DNA from: Gordius albopunctatus
Lineage: Eukaryota
Length of the DNA: 64,000 nucleotides
NCBI GenBank assembly: GCA_964276515.1
Contig: OZ193909.1
Span: 1,736,001-1,800,000, forward strand
Direction of reading: 5' to 3'
The notes beneath the pieces are model-generated. The model had not been told where the DNA came from, did no database searches, and saw only the letters and a program-made list of their open reading frames with translations. Of this stretch, positions 50,701 through 61,984 are shown piece after piece. Made by a program: the position numbers and the translations under genes. Within the stretch, counting starts at the first letter, position 1, and each line of letters opens with the position of its first letter.

Positions 50701-52336
50701 AGATTGCATATAAACATTAACAACTTGGTAAACATTTTACGTTATTATTGCTCTTTACAGCTACAAATTAAATACAAAATATATGGAAGAGCTCTCATAT
50801 TACTAACTTTCACACCTAATACTACGTTAAACAAGGTTTAAAGACAAAATTATTAAATAGGGTTAATTAAGCTCTAATCCATCTTCTTATATTTTAAAAG
50901 TATTTTAAAATCTCTGAAATACTCCTAGAATTAGGATCTCTATTCTATAAGGTTTGTTTAAATAACTTAAGATAATGTTTGCCACATTCTAGCATATATT
51001 AAGGCTGCTGCTACACAATAAGTTCAAAATACGCCTTTTTTAATAAACCATAGATGTAACCTAGAGGAGGGCAACTAACCCCTTTCCCTAAATTATGCTT
51101 GCAATTCAAACTACCACCCCAATTTAATTTAATTTCTATCCTGATTATGCCATTATTAGGAAAACTTCATATTATGAAGAGGCTTAAACAAAGGGAAATG
51201 CAGATTATATTATATATTTTTGGAAAAATAAGGAAATTAAATAATATACGGAGTAGGATGGATCGGCTAATTTGGCTGATATCTTGGCAGTTCCAGTTTT
51301 AAGAGCTTCGATTAAAACCATGTAACTATGTCTACCTTTCCTTTCCATTTCAAGAATGGATGCAGGTGTTTCATAAGATGAATTCTCAAAATTTGTTATC
51401 CTTAACATGAATTTATGGTAAAATTTTATTTAATCATTCTTCAAATTAAATTTTATAACAAAAAATTAGACTTAAAAAACAAAAGAAAGGTGGGTATATT
51501 TTGCAAAAATTAACTAAAACCATAGTCTAAATTTGTAAAGATAACCTGTGTAGCATTTTATAATAAATTAAAATGTGATTTCAAGAAATTAGTGGATAAA
51601 GTGTATATTTATTAGGATAAAGAATGCAAACTTAATTGTAAATTACCATATGATGTTAGTTGATAGTTCAGATACAATGTGCCACACTACTTCTATCCCA
51701 TCAACAGTTGAAAATGTGTCATCTAAGAAATATTCATGTTATTAATAAATAGGGCAACTAAATTGTGTCACTATATGAGAATTTTCCATTAAGTCTTAAA
51801 GACTCAATTAAATAAATGTAAGCATAGATTAATAATTCAATTGATTTACTTTGATCATTTTGAGCTAAAATTTCAAACACTTCAGGAGCATCTTCCAAAT
51901 ACAATTTCCTTGTGGTTGTTTTTATTGTAATGTGTGATATTTTGTCCACAATTACGTCACATTTCATTATTTGATTGCTTACTATATTAATTATTTAATA
52001 GTATATCACAAATTTACTTTTATCCTTTGCATATATAATAGCAGATAATCGATGAGCTTTCACTGATACAGCACTAATAGTCACACTATCTTCACAATCC
52101 TTATTTGACGAAATTACCTCGGCTACATTAGGCGATGAAGACCACCTAAATACAATAAATAAATTTTTGTTTAACATTTACCATTGATAGCATCCTTTAT
52201 CTGCATGCAGAGTAGAATTTGTCGGATATTTAATATTGTAAGGCAACAGTATTCTGGGCACGTTTAATTTTGCATGATCAGAATATATTGTAGAACTCAA
52301 ATAACATACAATTAAACATTTTAAGAATAAGAGCAT
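20745..52336 (-). CDS. NUP210: Nuclear pore membrane glycoprotein 210 (gp210), 41 exons, ~2164 aa
   Basis: Exons (5'->3', minus strand): 52182-52336, 52018-52145, 51850-51981, 51647-51722, 51250-51400, 50066-50198, 49643-49777, 48778-48840, 48535-48641, 47649-47789, 46801-46938, 45978-46133, 43570-43684, 43291-43386, 42856-43004, 42681-42789, 42523-42597, 42256-42291, 41352-41398, 41074-41147, 40655-40772, 39930-40086, 39292-39488, 38083-38391, 37324-37454, 35559-35826, 34596-34790, 33771-33851, 31669-31828 (or 31666), 30856-31076, 30399-30576, 27555-27838, 26669-26841, 25782-26110, 24915-25039, 24278-24650, 22765-23045, 21495-21750, 21296-21424, 21056-21112, 20745-21001. All GT-AG and in phase. 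Signal peptide then AKLNVPRILLP..GCYQW, CDVIVD.I..I.I.TTTRKLYLEDAP, GGSGEY, SVGNHPTPLNP, FSNFSSL, QGSGYY, EGGP; single TM near the C-terminus and an SP-rich tail with LWS. Confidence 0.95.
21163..21281. mobile_element. MITE family C (TAGTGTTGTAA...TTACAACACTA)
   Basis: TIR TAGTGTTGTAAGAAGAACGG / CCGTTCTTCTTACAACACTA and internal TTAGTCGACTAAAC. Relatives at ~993-1040, 23750-23860, 25195-25390, 26953-27123, 35000-35076, 37796-37990, 39860-39922, 42385-42507 and 48887-49025. Confidence 0.75.
23893..24098 (+). mobile_element. hAT-type MITE family A, copy 2
   Basis: Same TIR and body as 1107-1308; 8-bp TSD CTAATATA. Confidence 0.92.
28250..28990 (-). pseudogene. CRE-clade-like non-LTR retrotransposon 3' fragment in a Nup210 intron
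   Basis: SGDDWLEAHPS...IALRLG...CKNCNLPVDEEAGHPLHC, SEPVL...RLDG, AEERKLQKYKAL, FIAIV..GSYGKMA: a Zn knuckle plus restriction-like endonuclease tail, with frameshifts. Confidence 0.72.
30144..30348 (+). mobile_element. hAT-type MITE family A, copy 3
   Basis: Same TIR and body; 8-bp TSD ATAACAAT. Confidence 0.92.
31462..31615. mobile_element. hAT-type MITE family B (CATGGGCGTAGC...GCTACGCCCATG, ~150 bp)
   Basis: TIRs with 8-bp TSD ACGATATA. Other copies at ~268-406, 21904-22075, 22528-22685, 24729-24860, 25578-25756, 26153-26284, 31869-31957, 34830-34989 (TSD TAGACTGA/TAGTCTGA), 39100-39214, 53910-54092 and 58929-59068. Confidence 0.85.
32031..32350 (+). mobile_element. Probable non-autonomous Helitron 5' end
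   Basis: A|TCTTATATATAAAAATG followed by (TATG)n, the usual start of animal non-autonomous Helitrons. 3' end not identified. Confidence 0.45.
41518..42134. mobile_element. MITE family D (CATAGACTACATAGACTGC TIR) with a nested family A MITE
   Basis: Left CATAGACTACATAGACTGCTC, right GAGCAGTCTGTGTAGTCGTCTATG. GTAGCAAG lies on both flanks (offset 3 nt on the right). Relatives at ~2397, 29686-30118, 35160-35410 and 47000-47394. Confidence 0.7.
41891..42093 (-). mobile_element. hAT-type MITE family A, copy 4 (inverted)
   Basis: Reverse complement of copy 1; 8-bp TSD CGTGGAAC. Confidence 0.92.
43932..45223 (+). mobile_element. Mutator-like (MULE) element relic in a Nup210 intron
   Basis: Termini TAGAAAACCGGAGCAAAATTT / AAATTTTGCCCCGGTTCTA, long inverted arms of TGCTCAGTA/TACTGAGCA repeats, and a central EYICKHVVGSAIKLK...VPIGQKRKRG peptide (SWIM-finger tail of a MULE transposase) at ~44363-44503. 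Confidence 0.7.
45634..45913. mobile_element. PIF/Harbinger-type MITE
   Basis: Perfect TIR GGGCTTGTCTTAATATCGGATT / AATCCGATATTAAGACAAGCCC with TTA TSD. Confidence 0.85.
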
Positions 52337-52646
52337 CACAGAAAATCAAATATCGTCTGCTTATCAATGAATGTATGCAGATTCTATATATTCTACTATC
52401 AACATATGTTAGTGAATTGTGACTACATAAACTATCTATTATCATGTTTTTAAATATAATGTTAAATCTAGGCCTGTAAATCTAGCATAAAATAATTAAG
52501 ATATAGCTTGCGCCGTCGTTGAATTTTTTTTTAGGAAAAAAAGCAATTATCAGCTCGCTGTATATTATACTATGATTGTCATACTTTTCATAATCAATAA
52601 TACAATTAAATATTAATAATTTAAAAAAAAATGTTAGTTAAAATTT

Positions 52647-53816
52647 TAATTGCTATGCAATTTATGGGCTCACTTTTGCATTTTGTTTGTCACGCTCTTC
52701 GGTGTCTTGCACCGAATGTCTTGTCACGCTGTTTACTTTTATTATTAATTGCTATTATTAATTTAACTAGTTTTTGGGTTCGAATCCTGGTTTTTCTTTA
52801 CTCTTATGATTGTTCTTGTTACTACCATTGATAATAAGACTTTTTGGCCGTTCCTTGAATGCTTAGCGATGAAAAAATGACAATTGGCCAAAATGTGAAT
52901 CCAAGTTTTTTTTTCTTCTTTTTTTTTGACTATTATGATTGTTCCTGTTACTACCATTGCTATTATGACTTTTTGGCCGTCCGCTGGCTGCTGACCGATG
53001 GAAAAAATGACAATTGGCCAAAATGTGAATCGAAATTACTTTTTTCGTTTTTTTTGACCCTTATGAATTTATATCCACTTTTACCGGGTCCTGGCTACTG
53101 ACCAATGTAAAAAAATGACCATTGGCCAAACTGCGAATCGAAATTTTTTTTATTTTTTTTTACTCTTATGAATTTATATCCACTTTTACCGTGTCCTGGC
53201 TGCTGACCAATGGAAAAAAATGTTCTTTGGCCAAAATGTGAATCGAAAACTTTTTTTCCGCTTTTTATGACTCTTATGAATTTATAGACTGTCCGCTGTC
53301 TGCTGACCAATAAAAAAAATGACCTTTGGCCAAAATGTGGTTGAAAAAGTTTTAATTTAGCACCTCTAAATTTTTTGAGATATCCTTACAATACCTGTGT
53401 CATTTTTACGTGTACGATCTAATACATATTTTGAAGTCTAATGCCTCAGTTGATTTAATGTGTGACTAGCTTCATTAGCTCGTAGGTTCGAATCCCGCAC
53501 CTCCCTGTGCCCCTACAAAAGCCTATGCCACTACAGATGTGGGTTCGAATCCCGGCGAGGGCAAATGTTTTTATTTTTTAAATTATATTAATATATCGTT
53601 CTTGTTAATACCATTTAACTTTTTAAATATTTGTATAAATTAATAATTTACTAAATAATTTTGCATCACTCGCCCCTTCCCACCTTTCTCGCCCACAAAT
53701 TGCATAGCAAGTATGCTACATTTATACGGAGTATAGAGGAGCCGTCGCCACTTCCCCTCCTCCCCTTCCTCTTCCCTACTCCCCCTTCCCACGAGGGCCG
53801 AAGGCCCGAGTTCCTT
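52647..53816 (+). mobile_element. Non-autonomous Helentron/DINE-1-like element (HINE) just upstream of NUP210
   Basis: 5' subTIR TTGCTATGCAATTTATGGGC (52650), 3' subTIR GCCCACAAATTGCATAGCAA (~53691), terminal hairpin GGGCC-GAA-GGCCC (53795-53807), T-rich flanks and internal tandem repeats. Confidence 0.8.
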
Positions 53817-54880
53817 TATTTGTTTATGTTGCATTTTTGTGTTATATTCGTGCTACACAGATCTGCATTGGTACTTAGGAATTAAAGTCTAACCTTAGAA
53901 AATTAGATCGTTGTAGCCAGCATTTATTGGAATTACAGGGCAGCAAAAATGGTTTGGGGAGGGCAATAATAATTTAGGGAAGCGAAAAATGAGCTTTTTT
54001 CGAAATTTTAGTCATAATTTTAATTAATTTCAACAAAATTTTGGATTTAGAGAGGGGCAGCCACCCCTCCGCCTCCCCTGGCTACGCTATGGAAAGTTAC
54101 TATAACAGGCACAAATTAAAAGAAAATTTTTATATTTAGCGAAATTCACAGTCACATATGTGGTTTTCGGCTGCATCAACATTTTACTTCATATTAATAG
54201 ATTTTCATAAAAATTGTCGCTATACGATATGTAAGTTTGTTTACTGTTTCTCGTAAAAAAATATTACGCATTTATTGCACTTAAAATTGTTTATCTATAT
54301 AAATTTTATTATATTTATTATATCTCAGAGAACACGGGGGGAAGGCCTATTATATCTTCTGCACAAAAGAGAAGTTGTTATCTGTAACTTTATTCACTCT
54401 ACTCTGAGATACTCCAATTTATTGCTTCAGATATTCATCGAATTATAATACAACTTCGTACGAGGAAATAATTTGGGGAAAAACAATTATACAATCTCGA
54501 GAAATTCAAATAATAATTTATTGCTCCTTTATTCACCCGAATACTAATACAACTCCGTCACGAGAAAATAATTTATTTTTTTTAGGAATTTAAGCTGTAG
54601 GGGGAAATCCTACTTCTGGGGAGCAATTCCTATTTTCGGGGAGAATCATGCGACCAAGGGGGGGGGGGGGATTATTTAATTTGTACGGTTATTCACCAAA
54701 TCTGTTACCCTCTAAATAATAGTTTATTATATCAGAATTCACTCGACAAATTATAATACAATTCCGGAAAGGGTATATAATTGAAGTAGGCGGAAATAAT
54801 TGGTAACACCGCGATAATAACCCGGGAATATAATTTCTAGCGATTAAAAGGGGGAAAATTCTTATTATTTTTTCGCGTAA

Positions 54881-55586
54881 CCCCGCGTTCGTGATGCCGC
54901 GCGAATTGCGAATTAATTCGCACGAAAATAACAAATGTATTAATTAAATAGAAGGCGTTCATAGTGAAATCGCAGATGATTATTTTCGCACGCGGCAAAA
55001 AGCGAACAAAATAAGATACAACTCATTTTGTATTTTTCGCGCGATGGGGAAAAAATTGAATTTGGTATGTTATGTATTTTCTATATAATTTTATATGTTT
55101 ATAGCATAATTTCGATCTGATTAATGATATTAGGGATATACCAATGATATATGATAAATTCCATGAAGAATATAAGGATATTCAAAAAAAAAATGATGAA
55201 TTTGATAAATTAGCCAAAAAATATTTGGTCTCAAGTAATAATATAACTTTAAATCCTAATTTAATTTGTTTAGGTGAAGATATAAAAGTAAGATGGAAGA
55301 ATCTTAGGGATACATACATGAAAGAGTTGAATAAGGCCAAAAATCTTAAGAGTGGAAGTGGTTTGACCACTTCTTATTGGCCTTATTTTACTGTGATGGA
55401 CTTTCTAAGACCTACCTTAGAACCTAGGAGTCAATGGTCAAGTCTAGATGACTCAATAATGTTTGGAGAAAACGAATTAAATCGCACGCATCATGAACAA
55501 CGATCGCCTGCGAATTGCTTAAACAATTTCGCGAAGCAAAATTCGCTTCGCTTTTTTTCGCTTCGCGCGTCATCACGAACGCGGGG
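54881..55586 (+). mobile_element. Non-autonomous PIF/Harbinger element carrying a MADF (Myb/SANT-like) gene
   Basis: TIR CCCCGCGTTCGTGATG.CGCGCGAA at both ends and TAA TSD (54878-80 / 55587-89). Confidence 0.85.
55108..55470 (+). CDS. MADF-domain protein fragment (Harbinger ORF2-like), 39-nt intron at 55235-55273
   Basis: LINDIRDIPMIYDKFHEEYKD...DKLA.....EDIKVRWKNLRDTYMKEL...SGSG....WPYFTVMDFL fits the MADF consensus. The start codon is unresolved and the C-terminus runs into the TIR. Confidence 0.8.
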
Positions 55587-56640
55587 TAATTCAGATTCTG
55601 CGGAGAAACTTTATTTTTTCTGCTGTGTATCGATTTTCATGGGGCTTATATAGGTTTTATTTTTCTGGCGCGTATCTTTATCCTCGAAACTTCTTTCCTT
55701 TTTGACCCATTTTACCGCACCAATTTTGTGATAAATGGCCCTTCACTTCCAAGGCTTTTGGAATCTTCGACTGACGGTTCTAGTTTTCCACTACGTTTCT
55801 TGGGCCAATTCGTTATTTATAGCCCGGTTCCATTGTATCCTTGCTTTTCCCCGTTACTTCTTTCAGGCCAAATCGTGATTTATAGCCTTGTTTTGCTGTA
55901 TCCTCCTTGCTCTATTTCTCTATGCACCCAATCTTCGATAACCTTCCTCCGTCCTTAGTCCTCTTTTCGCAGCGTATCACGTGCACATTCATAATATGGA
56001 CTGGTTCCCTTTTTCAGAGTTTCTCATGGATATGACAATATTAAACATGGCAAACTAATTGTCATGGTTAGGCTTGACTTTTCAAATTGTCACAAAAAAT
56101 CCGATTATAGAAACATTATAAATTCTTTAGAGGTCCCCAAACATTGATTAAGGACGCATTATTAGTTTTTACACTATTTTTCTTTCAAAAGCTAGAAGGA
56201 AAGTCAGCTGTGTAAAGTCTAAAAACTATCAAACTTATTTTTGTAAATGTAGCATTTTACATCGCTCCGTTAATATAAAAATTATGATTTGTTTAAACAT
56301 TGCATTGTACTTATAACATACCTCTTAATTTTTCTCTAATAAAGCATTATTTTTTTTTCATTTATGATTAATTTGTTTTATAATTATTTGATAGTGCGAT
56401 AAGCGCAAAAATATTTATAATAAACGACTCAATATATATTGTTTGAGTGGACTAAAATTTTTACAAAATATAAATTCCTACGTTTATGGTTTACATAAAT
56501 TGTATTAGCATATTTAAACATTTATTTTTCGTAAAAATGTCAACAATATACTTCGCTTAACACCTATAATATTGATTGTTGTGCGATATAACTTTTTATA
56601 TGAAAAATAAATTTGGTAAAAATGTTAGAAATTTTTTCAG

Positions 56641-57271
56641 AAAGTGGCACTTGCCATGTGTATCGAAAGTTAAGAAAAATGATCAACCTATAAAGAAGAC
56701 AGAGGAGCAGGCCACAACAAGTGAAGAATCAGAAAATAAATATTCTCCTGCAGTGTCAAAATTTGAAGAGCCCAATCAAAGCACTAGTGTTGAACCTTAT
56801 GAAGGTACAAATGAACTGATGAAAATTTTTGAAATGGTACAAACACCTTTACCTTTGCAAGAAGATTATAACTGGGTTTTTGAAATTCCGGATACAATAC
56901 CACAGATTGAATATGAAGATTCAGTCAGAGAAAATTGTCAATTTATTGATGGCAATTTCGCCGAAAATTTGGACACATATGACGATCAAGATAATAATCA
57001 GACTTTTGAGACTTTTATTCAAAGTAAAAGCCAAGAAAAAATGAATCTTCTAAGTTATCATGTTAAATCAAGAGTTTCCGAGACATCGTCGTCAGAAAGT
57101 GAAGATATTTTAGGAAAAAACATGAATGTTATACTGAAAAGGATTGCAAAAAAGAAAGAAATTAGAACGAAAGGAACGTGGTTAGAAGATAGTAGTGAAG
57201 ATGAAGCAATCACAAATTCTCCACTCCTATCTTTTATGTACATTTCTCGAACATATTTTTCCAATATGTAA
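56641..57271 (+). CDS. Putative terminal exon of an unknown acidic, low-complexity protein
   Basis: About 210 stop-free codons in very AT-rich DNA after a TTTTTTCAG acceptor; rich in E/D/S/N. No recognisable domain. Confidence 0.5.
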
Positions 57272-58172
57272 ACCCGTAAAATGTACCTAAACAATAATTT
57301 ATCTTATATAAACTCGCCCACCTAGAGACCTGCAGCACCGGTGACCAGAAACCCACCCGGCATCCGGTCGGGTTGAAATTTTTAAAATGCTTTAGGATCG
57401 GTAAGGGTTTTTGTTGGATAAAGGTGACTTTGCAGTTTTCTACCCGACCCCAAAGGAGGGTCGCGATATTAAAGTGAAGCAGCAAACACATGTTAAAACA
57501 TAGCTGCGCATTAATAAATGGGTCACTTCATTTTTTAAGCTATACTGCCGCAGTCAGTCGCGATTAGCCTGATGCAATTCTTTGAGTAATTAATAGGGAA
57601 GTTCGTTATTTTATTTATGATTTGAATAAAATATTGTTGTCTTTGAGTTAATTCCCCTGGAAAGACACAGTCTCAGTTTATATGCATTTGCCTAGTTAGT
57701 TAGATAAGATAGATTGCCGCATTGCATAAATAAACTCCAATAATCCCATGATAAAACTTTCAAAAACTGTTAAAAAAATATTAAATGAATATGAGAGAAC
57801 AAGAGCATAAAGACTCTTGAACAGTCTCTCAATTTTATGTTACTAAACCTATTCCCTAAAAATACTATTTGGAGTGGATATTTGCAGTATTATTTCAAAG
57901 AGTAGATTTATTTTCAGACCGACCAATCTAACTTTATTTTCAATATAAGCGTTCATAAAACGTAATAATGGTGTTTGACAAAAATTTTATATATTTACAT
58001 TACTAACTATTGATTAAAATTTTGAAGGAAACCAAGGGTGCGCAATGGCTTAGAAATGCATAATATTAATCATCCAAAAGCCATAAGAAATTTGTCATAT
58101 TTAATATATTTCATACATAAGATTTATATATAGTTGGAACAATATTTGGTCAAAAACATATATAATTTTTTT

Positions 58173-60641
58173 TTAAATTTCACCCAGGAATATCTTTTTG
58201 TCGCTAGAGCACGATGCAACTATATGAAAGAAATAATAAAATCAATATAAGTGGTATTATAATAATGAAAGCACCTAAATATAACTTGAAAGCTAGTTAA
58301 TTAAAGCACATTACTGAAATCATAAAGAAAGTATAACTTTTCAATTAAAAAGTATACAAGGCTAGGGTTACAACTTGGTCATAAAAATATTAATAAGTCT
58401 AAATTTATAAATATAATTCCATAAATTTAAGGCCTAAATTGATTTAGAGTATTTAATTTGATATCGACATAAAATAAGAAATAAAATTGTTTAAATTATT
58501 AACAAATTCAATATACTTATGCTCTGTTTTGGATGGAAAATCGTTTGGTTAACTGATCCAGAGTGACCGGGTAGTTTGTAAATAACTCGGCCCGAATTAA
58601 CATCCCAAACGTAAACAAATCTATCAGCTGATCCTGCCGTAACTTTGCGTCCATCTGGAGACCATGCACATCTCAGAAGATTCTACATTTCCCAAATCAA
58701 ACAAACATTTACTTTTAACAAAAAAAGGTTTAAAATTAGGAAAACCTTTTCAAAATTATGTTGATGGCCTATGAGCATCTTAAAACATCTTTCGGTTGGA
58801 GCGTATGGTCTGACATCCCATATTCTAACTAAAATATAATAAAAATTGAAGCATTTAATTAAAAATCCTGGCTCTCGTTAATATGGAGTAGATAATATGC
58901 AAAAAATACTAAATTATATGGAAAAAAACATGGGCATAGGCAGCATTGGAATTAGAGGGGGGGGGGGGCAAAATAATTATTTTATGAAATTTTAGCCATA
59001 ATTTTAACAAATTAAAACAATTTTTTTGGATTTAGGGGGGGGGGGGGGGGTCCTTCGCTACACCCATGAAGAAGGTTGTGAATTGAGTTTAATTAAAATA
59101 CGGGTGTTATCCATGGAATTGCTTAGCAGAAATGAGCCATCAGGGCTCAGACTTAAGCCAGTAACCGTATCAGAGTGGCCTGACATTGTGTATAATTCTT
59201 TCCTTCTCCCAATATCCCACACCTTTATAAAAACAAACAATTTTAATTTTAAAATAAAAAAAATAATTTAAATGTGAAAAATAAATATTACCTTGATACT
59301 ATTATCAATGCCTGCTGCAAAGACGAGTTCTGAATTATCACTAAACTCCACGGATGTTATTTGATAAATGTTTTGGAATGACATTATTTCACCCTTTCTT
59401 CTACTATCCCACAACTACCACAAATTAATAAATCTATTATAAAGGTTATATTTATTTTTGCATGATTTTTAAATTTGTTTAAGATATTTTATGTAGTTTT
59501 TAACTAATGTCTAAAGATTAAACATATTTTTAATATGTTTTACATAGTTAAATAAATTAATTTACTAAATTTAAAGCCTATTAATTAAATGAAGGTGGGG
59601 TTAGATCAAATAAATGTAAAACTAAATACAGTTAAGCAATTAGTTGTTAATAGAATTTTAAATTTTTATATTAAAATGGTTGGACAAGACAAAAGAAGAT
59701 ATGATGGTTGGCATATAAATTCTGAAACAATTTATAAATACATAAAAAGTAAAAATTGTTAATAAGAAATAATGAATTTAACCTTGACAGTGGCATCATC
59801 ACTACCACTACATATAATAGGCTGTCCTCTCCTATTTGTGCCACATGAATTAACTATGGCCTGATGTCCTTTAAATTTTCTCAATCTTGATCCTGTTGTC
59901 ATATCCCATAAAGAAACGGTTTTATCAGTGGCACAGGTAACCAAATCTCTAACAGTTTTTTTATTATAAAAATAGAAATATAAAATACCCCTCTGCATTG
60001 AACCTCAAGTCCAAAATAGCCCCAGTGTGTCCACTAATTGTGGCAAAATTTGCATGGTCATCAAAAGTATTCCACAAAACTAGTAGATGATAGTATTTAA
60101 AAATAAATTAATATATAATTTTAGGCTTAACTAAAATTGGTGTGTGTATGTTTAACAAGTATAACTAGTCCTTCATGGATAAGTCATCCGGAATTTATGA
60201 GGGTAAAAATCTTCTAAAATTATAACTAGGTATCATAAGACTAATATGTGTTTGTATTGTAAAACCATATCCCTATTTTTAACTTTTTTTTGCAAAAAAA
60301 AATAAAAATAAATGTCTAGTTATGGATTATTTATATTCAATATTTTTACAAAGCTATTAATATAAGTTTTGGAAAGATTATATGATACAAATAACAGCGA
60401 AAAAATTAATACAAAAATAGCGTTTTTAGAAATACTCACAAATTTGTCGCTCATGACCAGCGGATGCAAAAAAACTTCCATCAGGTGAAAATTTCAATGT
60501 ATAGATTTCGCCTTGATGTCCTGAATATAAGATGATAGGAGCTGAAAGATCAGTTCTCTTTTTAAATAGTTTTGGTTCAGGTTGCTTAAATTAATGTAAT
60601 ATCGGTACTAATTTAAAACTTACGCGTAACGTGAGTGCCAT
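58173..60641 (-). CDS. SNRNP40: U5 snRNP 40-kDa WD40 protein, 9 exons, 319 aa
   Basis: Exons 60624-60641, 60440-60584, 59989-60079, 59783-59948, 59292-59414, 59102-59222, 58746-58828, 58517-58682, 58173-58219; all GT-AG and in phase. Motifs LSAPII..SGHQGEIY, GHSDTVTGLSLSPDGSFLLSNSMDNT, RIWDVRPYAP, HNFEKNLLRCAWSPDG, YKLPGH.GSVN, SSDKKIFLGEI*. Confidence 0.96.
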
Positions 60642-61984
60642 CGTTAAGGATAAAAATTGAATTTTAAATAATCGGGTACCCCTTATTATTGGTACAATAA
60701 AAATCTTTTAATCATAAAAAATAGCCTTTTTCTTTTTGAAAAACTAAGCAATAGTCATACCCAAACATCACTAACATAATCAAAAAAAACTAACACTTGA
60801 TTTTTTGGAAGATCTCATGAAGAATATAATTTACAGGGTTTCTTTCAGGTGGGAGCCCGGTGGGATATTACCCCCCCCCCAGAAATTAAATTATATTAAT
60901 AGGCTAAAATTGGAATTCAATAAATTATTTTAATTTGTCAATAAAAAAAATATAAAATTGGCGAAATTAAAATTTTTTTTACAAATAAGGTGGAAATCAT
61001 TCATAGACATCATATTTTAACATCTGTGAACCCTAATTTAAACGAGTTTTTAATAGGCATTTTTTACAATCTTGAAAGTTACAAACTATTTTTAATTAAA
61101 AAATATCAATAGGTAAATAACGCTGTTGCTCATCTCGATTAAAACGCAGCTCAACTAATCGTATTATAATTGGCAATTTAAAACATATATAAATGTATTT
61201 AGTACATATATAGATATATTTAATATCTATATATGTTATATAATATAATATATGTATATATGTTATATAAAGATATACATAATGAAATAATATTAGCACA
61301 TTTAGTTAATAAAAAAATGCCTATTATTATTGTTGAAAAGCTGGATCTTTATTCACATAAACTATTAGGACTGGGATACAATAATCGAAAAGTGACTCTC
61401 AACATGTCTAACAAACGCATATATAAGTTGCAACCAATTAGCGATAATTTGATCGACAACACATAGGTAAATAACGTATCCCCGGAGGCACTTCGCACTC
61501 CTATTACCCCTCTACAATTATATGACTTAAATAATTTCACCTATAACTTACTTTATTATAATTAAGAAATATTTCAAAATATCTATTTCTTATAACCTTA
61601 TTTTATAATGCATTACTTTATTCAATTATATTTTTTTACTTTAAATATTTAAGATCCAGTGTTTTAAGTGGGCTTAGTTTTAATTGAGTTGAGTAGGATT
61701 CGTAAATAAACGTAAATAAATGCTTTTAGAATTATTAAATGACCATCTTACTTATAAACTTAAAAAGAATTATTATTAATAATAGATTCTATTGTTTGTT
61801 TTTTATTGATATAATATGCTTATTTTGAATTGCAGATATCTGGTAAATATAAAAGTACTCTTTTACACTACTTTAGTAAAAAGGAAAAACCTAATAAAAA
61901 AGATGGTAAATATGATTTAATTTGGAATAATTTTAATTATGCAACAGGTGATTATTTTTAAGCATTAGATATTTTAAATATATA

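Noticed and set aside
53470..53565. Functional tRNA genes
   Set aside because: Only T-arm/B-box motifs; I could not fold an acceptor stem or D-arm, and the motifs are embedded in a repeat.
20745..60641. Non-canonical introns or an altered genetic code
   Set aside because: All 48 modelled introns are GT-AG, and both genes translate without internal stops in the standard code.
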